This document shows positions 14,060-25,991 of a stretch of 64,000 nt of DNA, one piece after another; within the stretch, counting starts at the first letter, position 1, and each line of letters opens with the position of its first letter. Source of the DNA: Eutreptiella sp. 'Long Island Sound 2002' (lineage: Eukaryota > Protista > Euglenida); assembly GCA_964036045.1 (NCBI GenBank), contig OZ038378.1:26040001-26104000 (forward strand), read 5' to 3'. The position numbers and the translations under genes are program-made. A model generated the notes under the pieces. It ran no database searches and was not told where the DNA came from. It saw only the letters and a program-made list of their open reading frames with translations.

Positions 14060-14860
14060 GCCCAGAGGTCGTTGCCTCCGACTCACTTGGGAGCGGGCGG
14101 GCGGGAGGTTTTGACTGGGGCAAAGGCAAGGGAGGCAAGCTTGACGACGATGAAGCGACGTCGCCAGGTGCAGATGAGGCCGCTGCATCAGACTGGGCGT
14201 CATCAGCCTCTGCAGGAGAATTGCCCTTCTTTTTTTGTTTGCCTTATGAGGCACCCAATTCAACACCGCCTCTTGCTCTGCCTCTGCAATGTGCATCAAA
14301 TCAGGGTGCCGTGCAGTGTCATGCACATCAGCATAGTGCTGTGCATGCAGTATGACCAAACTGTCTTTGTGCACAGAGGACACCGCACAGGATGATTCGT
14401 GCACGGGCTGCTTGCAGATCTTTTTGCAAGCGTGTTCCAGCGCAGCTTAGCTGGTTGACTTGGACAGTCAGAGATCATGAGGGTGACCAAGGCATGTGTC
14501 CGCTTGTTGCGCATGACGACCTGTGTTGAGCAGGTGACACGATCGCCACAAAACCCACAAGCGGTGGCCAAAGAAATGTCTTCTTGACCTTTAACATACT
14601 CCTTCCTGCAGAAGGTGTTGACCCACATGTGTGCGCATGCATATGCGAGGCACTGTTGCCTCACAAATCTTGCACTGCAAGGAGCGGGAAAGGTCAGTGG
14701 TCAACCCTTTGTCACCACGATCTGTCGTAAACAAGCCTTCATACGGCTCACACTTCACGGGTGGCACCTTTTGAGGTGCCGTTTGGGCACACCATTCAGC
14801 AAGGGCATCCACCACGCAAGTCCCTCGCTTCAGCGACTTCTCAAGATCGAGTGTCGCCAT
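14060..14860 (-). pseudogene. Frameshifted Cys/His-rich (putative multi-zinc-binding) protein inside TIR element C
   Basis: Joined frames give CKICEATVPRICMRTHVGQHLL..CGFCGDRVTCST..SDCP..PCTNHPVRCPLCTKTVWSY..QHYADVH..IAEAEQEAVLNW. At least two frameshifts are needed; the second copy (15804-16110) differs near the first one. Confidence 0.6.
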
Positions 14861-15603
14861 AATGTGTCGCTGCGCTATACAAAGGGAGCAAAGCAAGGAC
14901 CAAACACATGGCACAGCCTCTGAAAGGGACACACCAACGGCGAAACGCAACGTACTATCAACACCCTATTCAGCCTTGCGCGGAACAACATGGTGCCTAC
15001 TACCGTCGCTCTGCGGCGAATGCTTTCCTGGGTGCCTACTCCCATCGCTCTGCGGCGACTGCATTTGTTGTGGTTTAGGTTTCGGCACACACAGGTTTGG
15101 GTTTGGCACCATGCTGGCCTTTGACATATTTTGCAAGGGGAAACGCCCCATGAGCACTTGCCTAAAAAAACGCCGGGAAAAACGTCGCATGAGTCCCTAA
15201 CCCACGGGGTTGTGAAACAACAAACAAGTGGAACACCCACATTTCACATTGTGGGTGGCAGCATCCCGCGCCAGGGCCCCTTGTCCGCGGGCTGACGTTT
15301 GCAGTTAACATGTCTGGGTCAAACAACAAGTGGAACACCCCACATTTCACATTGTGGGTGGCAGCATCCCGTGCCAGGGGCCCCTTGTCCGCGGGCTGAC
15401 GTTTGCAGTTACATGTCTGGGCAAACAAACATGGAATAGTGTCAAGTGCCAGGGGCCCTTGTCGCGGGCTGACGTTTGCAGTTAACATGTCTGGGCAACA
15501 AACGACATTTGTATAGCGCCTCGTCTTGCGAAATCTGGCGCTCACACTAGAAAAGGGGGCGCCGTTGGTGCCACGCGGAAAAAAGGGGGGCGCCGTTGGC
15601 GCC

Positions 15604-15803
15604 NNNNNNNNNNNNNNNNNNNNNNNNNNNNNNNNNNNNNNNNNNNNNNNNNNNNNNNNNNNNNNNNNNNNNNNNNNNNNNNNNNNNNNNNNNNNNNNNN
15701 NNNNNNNNNNNNNNNNNNNNNNNNNNNNNNNNNNNNNNNNNNNNNNNNNNNNNNNNNNNNNNNNNNNNNNNNNNNNNNNNNNNNNNNNNNNNNNNNNNNN
15801 NNN
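15604..15803. other. 200-N assembly gap with flush duplicated flanks (14555-15603 = 15804-16888)
   Basis: Sequence after the gap restarts at CCACAAGCGG (14555). Sequence before the gap ends at GTTGGCGCC, matching 16888. Confidence 0.95.
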
Positions 15804-16475
15804 CCACAAGCGGTGGCCAAAGAAATGTCTTCTTGACCTTTAACATACTCCTTCCGCAGAAGGTGTTGACCCCACATGTGTGCGCATGCATATGCGAGGC
15901 ACTGTTGCCTCACAAATCTTGCACTGCAAGGAGCGGGAAAGGTCAGTGGTCAACCCTTTGTCACCACGATCTGTCGTAAACAAGCCTTCATACGGCTCAC
16001 ACTTCACGGGTGGCACCTTTTGAGGTGCCGTTTGGGCACACCATTCAGCAAGGGCATCCACCACGCAAGTCCCTCGCTTCAGCGACTTCTCAAGATCGAG
16101 TGTCGCCATAATGTGTCGCTGCGCTATACAAAGGGAGCAAAGCAAGGACCAAACACATGGCACAGCCTCTGAAAGGGACACACCAACGGCGAAACGCAAC
16201 GTACTATCAACACCCTATTCAGCCTTGCGCGGAACAACATGGTGCCTACTACCGTCGCTCTGCGGCGAATGCTTTCCTGGGTGCCTACTCCCATCGCTCT
16301 GCGGCGACTGCATTTGTTGTGGTTTAGGTTTCGGCACACACAGGTTTGGGTTTGGGCACCATGCTGGCCTTTGACATATTTTGCAAGGGGAAACGCCCCA
16401 TGGAGCACTTGCCTAAAAAAACGCGGAAAAACGTCGCATGAGTCCCTAACCCACGGGGTTGTGAAACAAACAAAC

Positions 16476-16790
16476 AAGTGGAACACCCCACATTTCACAT
16501 TGTGGGTGGCAGCATCCCGCGCCAGGGGCCCCTTGTCCGCGGGCTGACGTTTGCAGTTAACATGTCTGGGTCAAACAAACAAGTGGAACACCCCACATTT
16601 CACATTGTGGGTGGCAGCATCCCGCGCCAGGGGCCCCTTGTCCGCGGGCTGACGTTTGCAGTTAACATGTCTGGGTCAAACAAACAAGTGGAACACCCCA
16701 CATTTCACATTGTGGGTGGCAGCATCCCGTGCCAGGGGCCCCTTGTCCGCGGGCTGACGTTTGCAGTTAACATGTCTGGGCAACAAACGA
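16476..16790. repeat. 105-bp tandem repeat, 3 copies (degraded duplicate at 15227-15500)
   Basis: AAGTGGAACACCCCACATTTC starts at 16476, 16581 and 16686. Confidence 0.9.
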
Positions 16791-18855
16791 CATTTGTATA
16801 GCGCCTCGTCTTGCGAAATCTGGCGCTCACACTAGAAAAGGGGGCGCCGTTGGTGCCACGCGGAAAAAAGGGGGGCGCCGTTGGCGCCATGTCCCCAGCC
16901 CACTATCTCTCAAAACCCGGGGGGGGGGGGGGGGGGGGGGGGGGCTGGGGGGGGTCGCATACAAGGACCGGGCCCGGCCGCCCCCCCGTGGACGGCTGTT
17001 GGGAGAACCCCCCTCCCCGTTTCTGAAGGGGGGATTTCTATTCTCGAAGAGAAAAGTCCTCCGTTCAGGAACCGAGGAGGGGGTTTCTTTCAGAGCAATA
17101 TTTCCCCAATTGGGAACCAGACTCATCTTCTCTGGGGCCTAGAAAACATGCAAAAGATGAACAGCATGATATTGCGGAGAGCACTAATGAACACACTTAC
17201 GACATATTGTTGCCCTGTGGCCGAGAAGCTCTGCAAGGGAATGGCAAATTGGAAACCCTGAGTGTGGAACTCAGGGGATTAGGACGGGAGGGGGGGGGGC
17301 AAAGGCCACAGCGGAGGCAACTCCCAAATCGACTGTAACCCCGCTGGCCGTCATCGAAGAGGGCTAAACGAGCTGCAGCTACAGATCATTACTCATCAGC
17401 AAGCTAGCCGGATTTAGTTGCCAAGGTGATCCCCAGCCCTAATCAATGTTGCCCTGAAGATGCTGCCCCCCTCTCACCCAGAGACTTTTAGCTGAAAACA
17501 TCAGACACCTAATCGGATGATGTCAATCAGGGGACAAATGGTCTTGAGCCTCAAACAGACAGGGGCCACATGGTGCTTCTCATTACACCTGGCGCATGTG
17601 ATACTAGGTCCTTGACCCTGAAAAACTGCGCCTGTGTTTTACAACACAAAATTGCACACCTCACTAAACAACCAGGCAGGTAAGGTTGGTCTTATGGATT
17701 GGACCATAATCATTCCAAATCCCCCACATGTCATTGCCTGCCACACAACTCTTAGCGAACAAAAAATCGCGTCACGGTCACTGAATGTGCTTGACCAGCC
17801 GTCCCCAGATGTCTGCTCAAAGCGCATACCCTCTTTTCGTTTGCACAGTGTGGAATTCCTTGCACCTTCTTTACTCCATGCCTGTGACCCGTTTGCCCAG
17901 CAACCATTTGCACAGAAACCCCATACATTGTGAGCCCCCATGACCAGCATCCGTGACTGTCCCCTTATTTTCCAACAAAAATATTGCGGCCACAGGACAA
18001 CAACGCTTAGAATTGGTGCATCAAGTGTGCACCGATGCATTGATGGAGCTGTGGACCTAGGCATGTCATGCAGTTCAGTACCAGCATGTGTCCCGGAGTC
18101 CCACGACACCAAGCACAGGATGCAGGTGTGGCCCAAGCGTTGGGGTGGCCACAACATAATGTGTGCCTGCAGCAGTCGATGGCCCTGGGGTTGAGCAACC
18201 ATACACACTGATGGCCATGATGGTAGAAGCAGACGGTTAGGTGCACAGAAAGGAAGCAGGATGGTTTGGTGTGGTATCGACTTCAGGAGAAGGGTTTGGG
18301 ACACCCGTGGGAGGAGGACACTGCTTCTAAGCAAGGTCAGCAATAGCCACTGCATAGCAAATAGTGCAGACTACTTGGCACCATCAGGGGCGCAGCTGGA
18401 GCAACGCATCACGCTCTTCCCATGCTCGATGGGACGAGCACATGTTTCGCTGCCATCAGATGCGTCTGATGGGCCACGATTCGCACGTGAACAAAAGCAA
18501 CACAGGAATGACTCTGAACCAAACAGCTCCCAATCGGGGTCTTCGACAATCAGTTGTGTTTCTGACAAGAGCCTTCCAATGACACCCTTTGACGGACCCC
18601 TTCAACATATGGCTGTTCCCCCCCGTGTCCACTTGTCCTCACTGACATGGGGACAATGCAAACGCTCTTTGACAGGCAGTGTGGAACAGCCAGCTAAAGA
18701 CATACAGTGCTCGACAAACGGTCTTTGACGGTTCTGGAACACAGATACCGTGACAGACAGTCTTTGACAGATCATCGGTGACCACGGGGGGGCCGTCCCC
18801 TCGCTTTTAGACGCGACTCCCCCCCCCCCCAGTAGAAGTGGGCCGAAGGCCCCTA

Positions 18856-18892
<37 letters not shown>

Positions 18893-19070
18893 TTGGAGGG
18901 GGGGGGGTTCAGGGAGGGGCGATTGGGGGGGGGGGGCGGTCGGGAGGGTCAGTTGGGGGGGGGGGTCCAGGTGGGGCGATTTGGGGTGGTGGGGGGGGGG
19001 GCAGGCTCCCGTTACCTCCCCTTGCCCTCCCTCTGGGGTGAGAGCTTGGGCTAGGGTTAGGGCTAGGGTC

Positions 19071-22000
19071 ACCGAGCTGGTGGAACCAGTCTTGGTTTTA
19101 TAACCCTTTTCACCGAGCTGGTGGAACCAGTCTTGGTTTTATAACCCTTTTTAGTGTCTAGGGTGGACCTACCAGGTTTAGCAGCAGCAGCAGCAAGCAG
19201 CAGCAAGCAGCAGCAAGCAAGCAGCAGCACGCGCGAAATGGGGAAAAATCAGAACTCCGTCGTGGTGCTTCAGATTCAGCTGAAATTTTGGTGGATGATA
19301 CCTATGGGTGTGAAGTACAATCACACAAAGTTTGAGCAAGAAACTCAACGGTGGCGGCCGGGAACGGGATTCGCAAGTGGCGGACCTCAGTTTCAAAAAC
19401 TGCAGTTTAGGGCCAAAAACAGCCATTTTTGGGCCAAAAAAGCCCTGGAACACATTCAAAACGGCCAAATGAAGGGAAACGGTGGGTACACTGCACATGT
19501 GGCTTGACTTCCCCATGTCAACGAGCTCTTTGCGCCCCTCTGACTCCATGATATGTCCCGGAAACGGCCCAAAAAGGCCCCCAAAAGCTCCAAATGCCGA
19601 CAGCCACAAACCAAGAATAGGCCATATCTTTGGCTACATGGCTCAAAATGCGATTCCGAGGGCACCTACTCCACCCACAACCCCCCACTTTTTGTGGTTT
19701 CCACCCCTCAGAATTGCCTCAAAGGACGCCTAGACCCCAATACCTAGGCCCACTAGGCTGCGGCAAGCTGCAAGCTCAAGCCCAAACATGTGGGTGCCCA
19801 AATGGGTCAACAGGGTCCAGTAGGGGCAAAAAGATGACTTTTCTCAAAAATGATCCTAGACCATGTGCGACGCTAAAACAAGTGTTTTTGGACCGTTTTG
19901 AGCTTGTGGTGGCCCATTTTGGTCCTCCGAACATCCCAAAATGCCTTGAAAATGGGCTGTTTTGGGACCAAAAATGGGTCAAAAATGGGTCAAAAACACA
20001 TTTTTCCAAACCTCATCCTAGACCATATGGGGTGCACAAACGGGTGAAATGAGCCCATTTTGAGCCCATTTTGGGGCATTTTGGCCCCTTAGAAGTCCAA
20101 AAAGCCTTGAAAGTGGGCCTCGTGGTGATGGGGTTCACTTGCAAGCTGATTTCACTTTGTCAAGAGCCATCAATGTGTGAATCATTCTTGATGTCCCTCA
20201 CCAGTCATAGCTGATGTTCCCCTCCCCCACCAGCTCGGTCCCAATATTCAGTCTTGATTAGGGTCTAGGGTGGACCTACCAGGTTTAGCAGCAGCAGCAG
20301 CAAGCAGCAGCAAGCAGCAACAAGCAGCACGCGCGAAATGGGGAAAAATCAGACATCCGTCGTGGTGCTTCACATTCGGCTGAAATTTTGGTGGATGATA
20401 CCTATGGGTGTGAGGGACAACCACACAAAGTTTGAGCCAGAAACTCAACAGTGGCGGCCGGGAATGGGTGTCGCAAGTGGCGGACCTCAGTTTCAAAAAC
20501 AGCAGTTTAGGGCCAAAAACAGCCATTTTTGGGCCAAAAGAGCCCTAGAACCCATTCAAAACGGCCAAGGAAAGGGAAAGGGTGGGTACACTCCATGTGC
20601 GGCTTGACTTTCTTGTGTCAACGAGCTCTTTGCGGCCCTCTAACTCCATGATATGTCCCGGAAACGGCCCAAAAAGGCCCCCACAAGCCCCAAATTTTGT
20701 GCAGATTGGCTGGCGACAGCCACAAACCAAGAATAGGCCATATCTTTGGCTACATGGCTCAAAACGCGATTCCGAGGGCACCTACTCCACCCGCAACCCC
20801 CCTCGTTTTGTGGTTTCCACCCCTCAAAATTGCCCAAATGGACGCCTAGACCCCCGTACCCAAGCCCAGTAGGCTGCGGCAAGCTGCAAGCTCAAGCCCA
20901 AACAGGTGGGTGCCCAAATGGGTCAATAGGGTCCAATAGGGGCAAAAAGATGACTTTTCTCAAAAATGATCCTAGACCATGTGCGACGCTAAAACAAGTG
21001 TTTTTGGACTGTTTTGAGCTTGGGGTGGCCCATTTTGGTCCTCCGAAAATCCCAAAATGCCTTGAAGATGCGTTGTTTTGTGACCAAAAATGGGTCAAAA
21101 ATGGGTCAAAAATGCATTTTTCCAAAACTCATCCTAGACCATTTGGGGTGCACAAACGGGTAAAATGAGCCTATTTTGAGCCCATTTTGGGGCATTTTGG
21201 CCCCTCACAAGTCCACAAAAGCCTTGAAAGTGGGCCTTGTGGTGAAGGGGATCACTTGCAAGCTGATTCCACCCTGTCAACGGCCTTCAATGTGTAACTC
21301 ATTGGTATCCCTCACCATTCATATCTAATGTTCCCTCCCCCACCAGCTCGGTCCCAATATTCAGTCTTGATTAGGGTCACCGAGCTGGTGGAACCAGTCT
21401 TGGTTTTATAACCCTTTTTAGTGTCTAGGGTGGACCTACCAGGTTTAGCAGCAGCAGCAGCAAGCAGCAGCAAGCAGCAGCAAGCAGCAAGCAGCAGCAC
21501 GCGCGAAATGGGTAAAAATCAGAACTCCGTCGTGGGGCTTCATATTCGGGTGAAATTTTGGTGCATGATACCTATGGGTGTGAAGTACAATCACACAAAG
21601 TTTGAGCAAGAAACTCAACGGTGGTGGCAGGGAACGGGATTCGCAAGTGGCGGACCTCAGTTTCAAAAATGGCAGCTTAGGGCCAAAAACAGCCATTTTT
21701 GGGCCAAAAAAGCCCTGGAACACATTCAAAACAGCCAAACGAAGGGAAACGGTGGGTACACTTCACGTGCGGCTTGACTTCCCCGTGTCAACGAGCTCTT
21801 TGCGGCCCTCTAACTCCATGATATGTCCCGGAAACGGCCCAAAAAGGCCCCCAGAAACTTCAAATGCCGAGAGCCACAAACCAAGAATAGGCCATATCTT
21901 GGGCTACATGGCTCAAAATGCGATTCCGAGGGCACCTACTCCACCCGCAACCCCCCACTTTTTGTGGTTTCCAGCCCTCAGAATTGCCCAAACGGACGCC

Positions 22001-23670
22001 TAGACCCCAATACCTAGGCCCACTAGGCTGCGGCAAGCTGCAAGCTCAAGCCCAAACAGGTGGGTGCCCAAATGGGTCAACAGGGTCCAGTAGGGGCAAA
22101 AAGATGACTTTTCTCAAAAATGATCCTAGACCATGTGCGACGCTAAAACAAGTGTTTTTGGACCGTTTTGAGCTTGTGGTGGCCCATTTTGGTCCTCCGA
22201 AAATTCCAAAATGCCTTGAAAATGGGTTGTTTTGGGACCAAAAATGGGTCAAAAATGCATTTTTCCAAACCTCATCCTAGACCATTTGGGGTGCACAAAC
22301 GGGTGAAATGAGCCCATTTTGAGCCCATTTTGGGGCATTTTGGCCCCTTAGAAGTCCAAAAAGCCTTGAAAGTGGGCCTTGTGGTGATGGGGTTCACTTG
22401 CAAGCTGATTCCACTTTGTCAAGAAGCATCAATGCGTGAATCATTCTTGATGTCCCTCACCAGTCATAGCTGATGTTCCCTCCCCCACCAGCTCGGTCCC
22501 AATATTCAGTCTTGATTAGGGTTAGGGTCACCGAGCTGGTGGAACCAGTCTTGGTTTTATAACCCTTTTTAGTGTCTAGGGTGGACCTACCAGGTTTAGC
22601 AAGCAAGCAGCAAGCAAGCAGCAAGCAGCAAGCAAGCAGCACGCGCGAAATGGGTAAAAATCAGAACTCCGTCGTGGTGCTTCGGATTCGGGTGAAATTT
22701 TGGTGCATGATACCTATGGGTGTGAAGTACAATCACACAAAGTTTGAGCAAGAAACTCAACGGTGGCGGCCGGGAACGGGATTCGCAAGTGGCGGACCTC
22801 AGTTTCAAAAACTGCAGTTTAGGGCCAAAAACAGCCATTTTTGGGCTTAAAAAGCCCTGGAACACATTCAAAACGGCCAAATGAAGGGAAACGGTGGGTA
22901 CACTCCACGTGCGGCTTGACTTCCCCATGTCAACGAGCTCTTTGCGCCCCTCTGACTCCATGATATGTCCCGGAAACGGCCCAAAAAGGCCCCCAGAAGC
23001 TCCAAATGCCGACAGCCACAAACCAAGAATAGGCCATATCTTTGGCTACATGGCTCAAAATGCGATTCCGAGGGCACCTACTCCACCCACAACCCCCCAC
23101 TTTTTGTGGTTTCCAGCCCTCAGAGTTGCCCAAACGGACGCCTAGACCCCAATACCTAGGCCCACTAGGCTGCGGCAAGCTGCAAGCTCAAGCCCAAACA
23201 GGTGGGTGCCCAAATGGGTCAACAGGGTCCAGTAGGGGCAAAAAGATGACTTTTCTCAAAAATGATCCTCGACCATGTGCGACGCTAAAACAAGTGTTTT
23301 TGGACCGTTTTGAGCTTGTGGTGGCCCATTTTGGTCCTCCGAACATCCCAAAATGCCTTGAAAATGGGCTGTTTTGGGACCAAAAATGGGTTAAAAATGG
23401 GTCAAAAATGCATTTTTCCAAACCTCATCCTAGACCATTTGGGGTGCACAAACGGGTGAAATGAGCCCATTTTGAGCCCATTTTGGGGTATTTTGGCCCC
23501 TCAGAAGTCCAAAAAGCCTTGAAAGTGGGCCTTGTGGTGATGGGGTTCACTTGCAAGCCGATTCCACTTTGTCAAGAGCCATCAATGTGTGAATCATTCT
23601 TGATGTCCCTCACCAGTCATAGCTGATGTTCCCTCCCCCACCAGCTCGGTCCCAATATTCAGTCTTGATT
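19071..23670 (+). repeat. Tandem array A: four ~1.1-kb units
   Basis: Heads ACCGAGCTGGTGG at 19071/19112 (41-bp head duplication), 21379 and 22530; unit 2 is headless from ~20260. Tails CCACCAGCTCGGT+CCCAATATTCAGTCTTGATT end at 20259, 21372, 22517 and 23670. Confidence 0.95.
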
Positions 23671-23776
23671 AGGGTTAGGGTTAGGGTCATGGGTAGGGTT
23701 AGGTGTAGGGTTAGGAGCAGGCTGAGGGTTGGGGTGGGCGTTAGAGTCAAGGTTGGGTTCAAGTATAGCGTTGGGG
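23669..23776 (+). repeat. Interstitial telomere-like hexamer tract (3 perfect TTAGGG decaying into variants)
   Basis: TTAGGG x3, then TCATGG GTAGGG TTAGGT GTAGGG TTAGGA.. in 6-nt phase. Confidence 0.9.
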
Positions 23777-25860
23777 TGCTCCACCGCCTGGGCGGGGAGG
23801 GATGCTACGTGGGCAAGGGGAATGAAAAAATTTTTCGGGCGCCTTCGGCGCCACCATATGTATGGCCAGTAGCTATTCATCCTTGGTAACTAAGTGGGCC
23901 CGGAGGGGGGGGGGGGGGGGAGTCGCGTACCGGGACCGAGGAGACGGCCCCCCCGTGTCGGTGACATATGGTCCTTGACGCTTAGACTTGGACGGGCGAA
24001 ATTTTACACACATTTGACAAACAACTTTTGGTAGTCCACCTTTGAAATACAATCTTTCACGGACATTCGTTGAGAGACAGGGTTTGACAGGCGATCATTG
24101 ACAGCCTTTGAGACACAGTCATTGACAGGCAAACTTTGATAGAAAACGTGTGGTAGAGAAATAGCGCTTCTCTGACACACAGTGATTGCCATATACAACC
24201 TACCTGGAAAAAAGCGACAGCCTCAGGCCTACACTCTGTTGGGAGAAAATAGCACCGGTCCTCAAACTCCATTGCTCTAGATGATAGCAGATGATACTTG
24301 CTCTCGGACCCTGCACTGCTAAAACAACAGACAACAGTGGCAGCAAGACCACACTGTGGGCCAACAACAATACAAGACATCTTTGACGGATAGTCTTTGA
24401 CAAAACAGTAAATGACGTACAGTCTTGGACAGACGGTGTTTGATCGGTGGTCTTGCATGGGCAGTCCTGAACAGGCTGCCCATGACAGACAATCCTTTAC
24501 ATGCAGCCCTTGACAAATGGGCTGCGACAGGCTCTCCTTGACACACCGCCTGTGCCAAGCTATTTTTGATGCAAAGTGGGCATAGGTCATCGGCCAGGTT
24601 GACATGACCGTGTGCATATGGCATGGAGCACGTGGTGCAGACATTGGGAACAAACAGTACCCAGGGCTTCGGCGTTTGTCATCCTCTCTGGAAGCCCGGG
24701 TGGCGCTTTCACAGGCGAGGGGTGTACCACGGGCAGAACCTGACCAGGGGGAGGGGCACGCAAATAAGGAGGACTGGCCGAGTGGCGGTGACAGTGAATC
24801 CCATTCCAACACGCACATAAACAGGAAATCACAGCCAGCCATGAGCCATCAGCCGATGGAACATGTAAATGGTTCCCACGTCCATGCAAGATCCCTGCCC
24901 ATGGCACCCATGGTGACAGCCCATGTCGCCTGCCAGGTCCACTTGGATTAAAAATGACTAAGATCAATACTTATTGGCCAGGGATCGCGACGCTATCCGT
25001 TTCAATGAAAACCCTGACATTTCATGAAACGCCTTGGGAGGGAGGGGGGGGCATGTCTGCAGGGAAGCGCTGTGCATTGTGGAGGATAGCGTGGATAATA
25101 AAGCTGTCCTTCTTTGGGGGGGGGGGGTCCCATCTCCAAATCTGGGCAACATCTTGGGGACGTTTTGCAAGCCTACGCACCTTATTTCTTGATATAAGTT
25201 GCAGGAGCATGCCACAGGATGGAGTCACATGCGCAGGTGTTGCTTCGCTTCATGCTTCGCTTTGCTTCGTCTTCCAATGATTTCTTCACTGTGTACAGGT
25301 ATGTCGTCTCCCTTGTGACATGGCTGTTTGTGACTGTTTGTGTCACGTCTCACCATGTGTGACCATGGCCCAGGACCACGGATCCTGCCCTCATCACTTA
25401 AAGCGAGACCGCCCCTGACAGCCCATCCCTGAACAAGCCAGGAGGAGCAGGAACCCCCCCCCTCGCCCCCCATTCTAGGCGGGCACATACACAGGGATGG
25501 AGGCGGGAAGCGTTTCAACACTGCTACCCCCAAACTTCGATATGGCAGACAGGAGTACCCTCAGCCACCGGGGACGCCGCCCAGGCGCACTGCAGAGCCC
25601 CCTGCAAGCGCCTCAAGAGGTCACCACAATTGCGGCCTCGGGCACCATATCTTGGGGTACGTTGCGGGGGCGCTGCATGCTACAGCATCACGAGCTGCCT
25701 GGGGCGTCTGCACGTTGCAGGCGCGCCGCCGAATGCACCTGGGGGGGGGTGGGATTGTTGCCCCCACCACCAAGCCGCACGTGCTGCATGGCACACTGCA
25801 CTGCAGAGCTACTCGGGGGTGCACCAACATCCCCCCACCCGAGCCGCTCTATTGGGGCAC

Positions 25861-25991
25861 TCAGAGCCATTTGATCCGCCGGAACATCCACACGATGAAG
25901 CAGTTGATGCCCGCGATGACCCCCCAGAACGCCCAGTAGCCGTACTTCCACTCGAGCCAGGGCATGTGCGTGAAGTTCATGCCAAACAGGC
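25861..25991 (-). CDS. corA: CorA exon 7 (GMN motif, TM2, stop)
   Basis: TTTGTAG| GLFGMNFTHMPWLEWKYGYWAFWGVIAGINCFIVWMFRRIKWL*. Confidence 0.95.

Larger units (their letters stand above)
13489..16990. mobile_element. Non-autonomous TIR DNA transposon (CACG6-7 family, copy C) with 8-bp TSD; carries Cys/His-rich cargo
   Basis: Left end CACGGGGGGCGAC..CCGGTCC..ATGCGACCC; right end reverse complement CACGGGGGGGCGGCC..CCGGTCC..ATGCGACCC. TSD GACGGCTG at 13481-13488 and 16991-16998. The span includes an assembly gap and duplicated overlap, so the true length is about 2.25 kb. Confidence 0.9.
18783..23957. mobile_element. Non-autonomous TIR DNA transposon (CACG7 family, copy A), 5175 bp, 8-bp TSD, carrying a 4-unit tandem array
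   Basis: 21-bp TIR CACGGGGGGGCCGTCCCCTCG / CACGGGGGGGCCGTCTCCTCG (20/21), extended by ACGCGACTC(n). TSD TCGGTGAC at 18775-18782 and 23958-23965. Confidence 0.95.
18540..24545. repeat. Degenerate ~18-19-bp minisatellite (CAGTCTTTGACA-like) split by TIR element A; present at 18540-18782 and 23958-24545
   Basis: TCTTTGAC/TTGACAG motifs recur on both sides of the insertion. Confidence 0.6.

Noticed and set aside
14555-16888. Real ~1.05-kb tandem duplication inside element C
   Set aside because: Both copies end flush with the 200-N gap and the pre-gap copy degrades toward the gap, typical of an unmerged contig overlap.
19150-19160. AGTGTCTA in each unit resembling the Euglena spliced-leader exon
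   Set aside because: The match is only 8 nt, there is no T-rich SL end or GT donor, and the sister family has GGGTCCA at this position.
25237-25298. Plus-strand exon-like piece CAG|VLLRFMLRFASSSNDFFTVY|GTATGT
   Set aside because: The splice signals are plausible but no upstream exons or domain could be linked.
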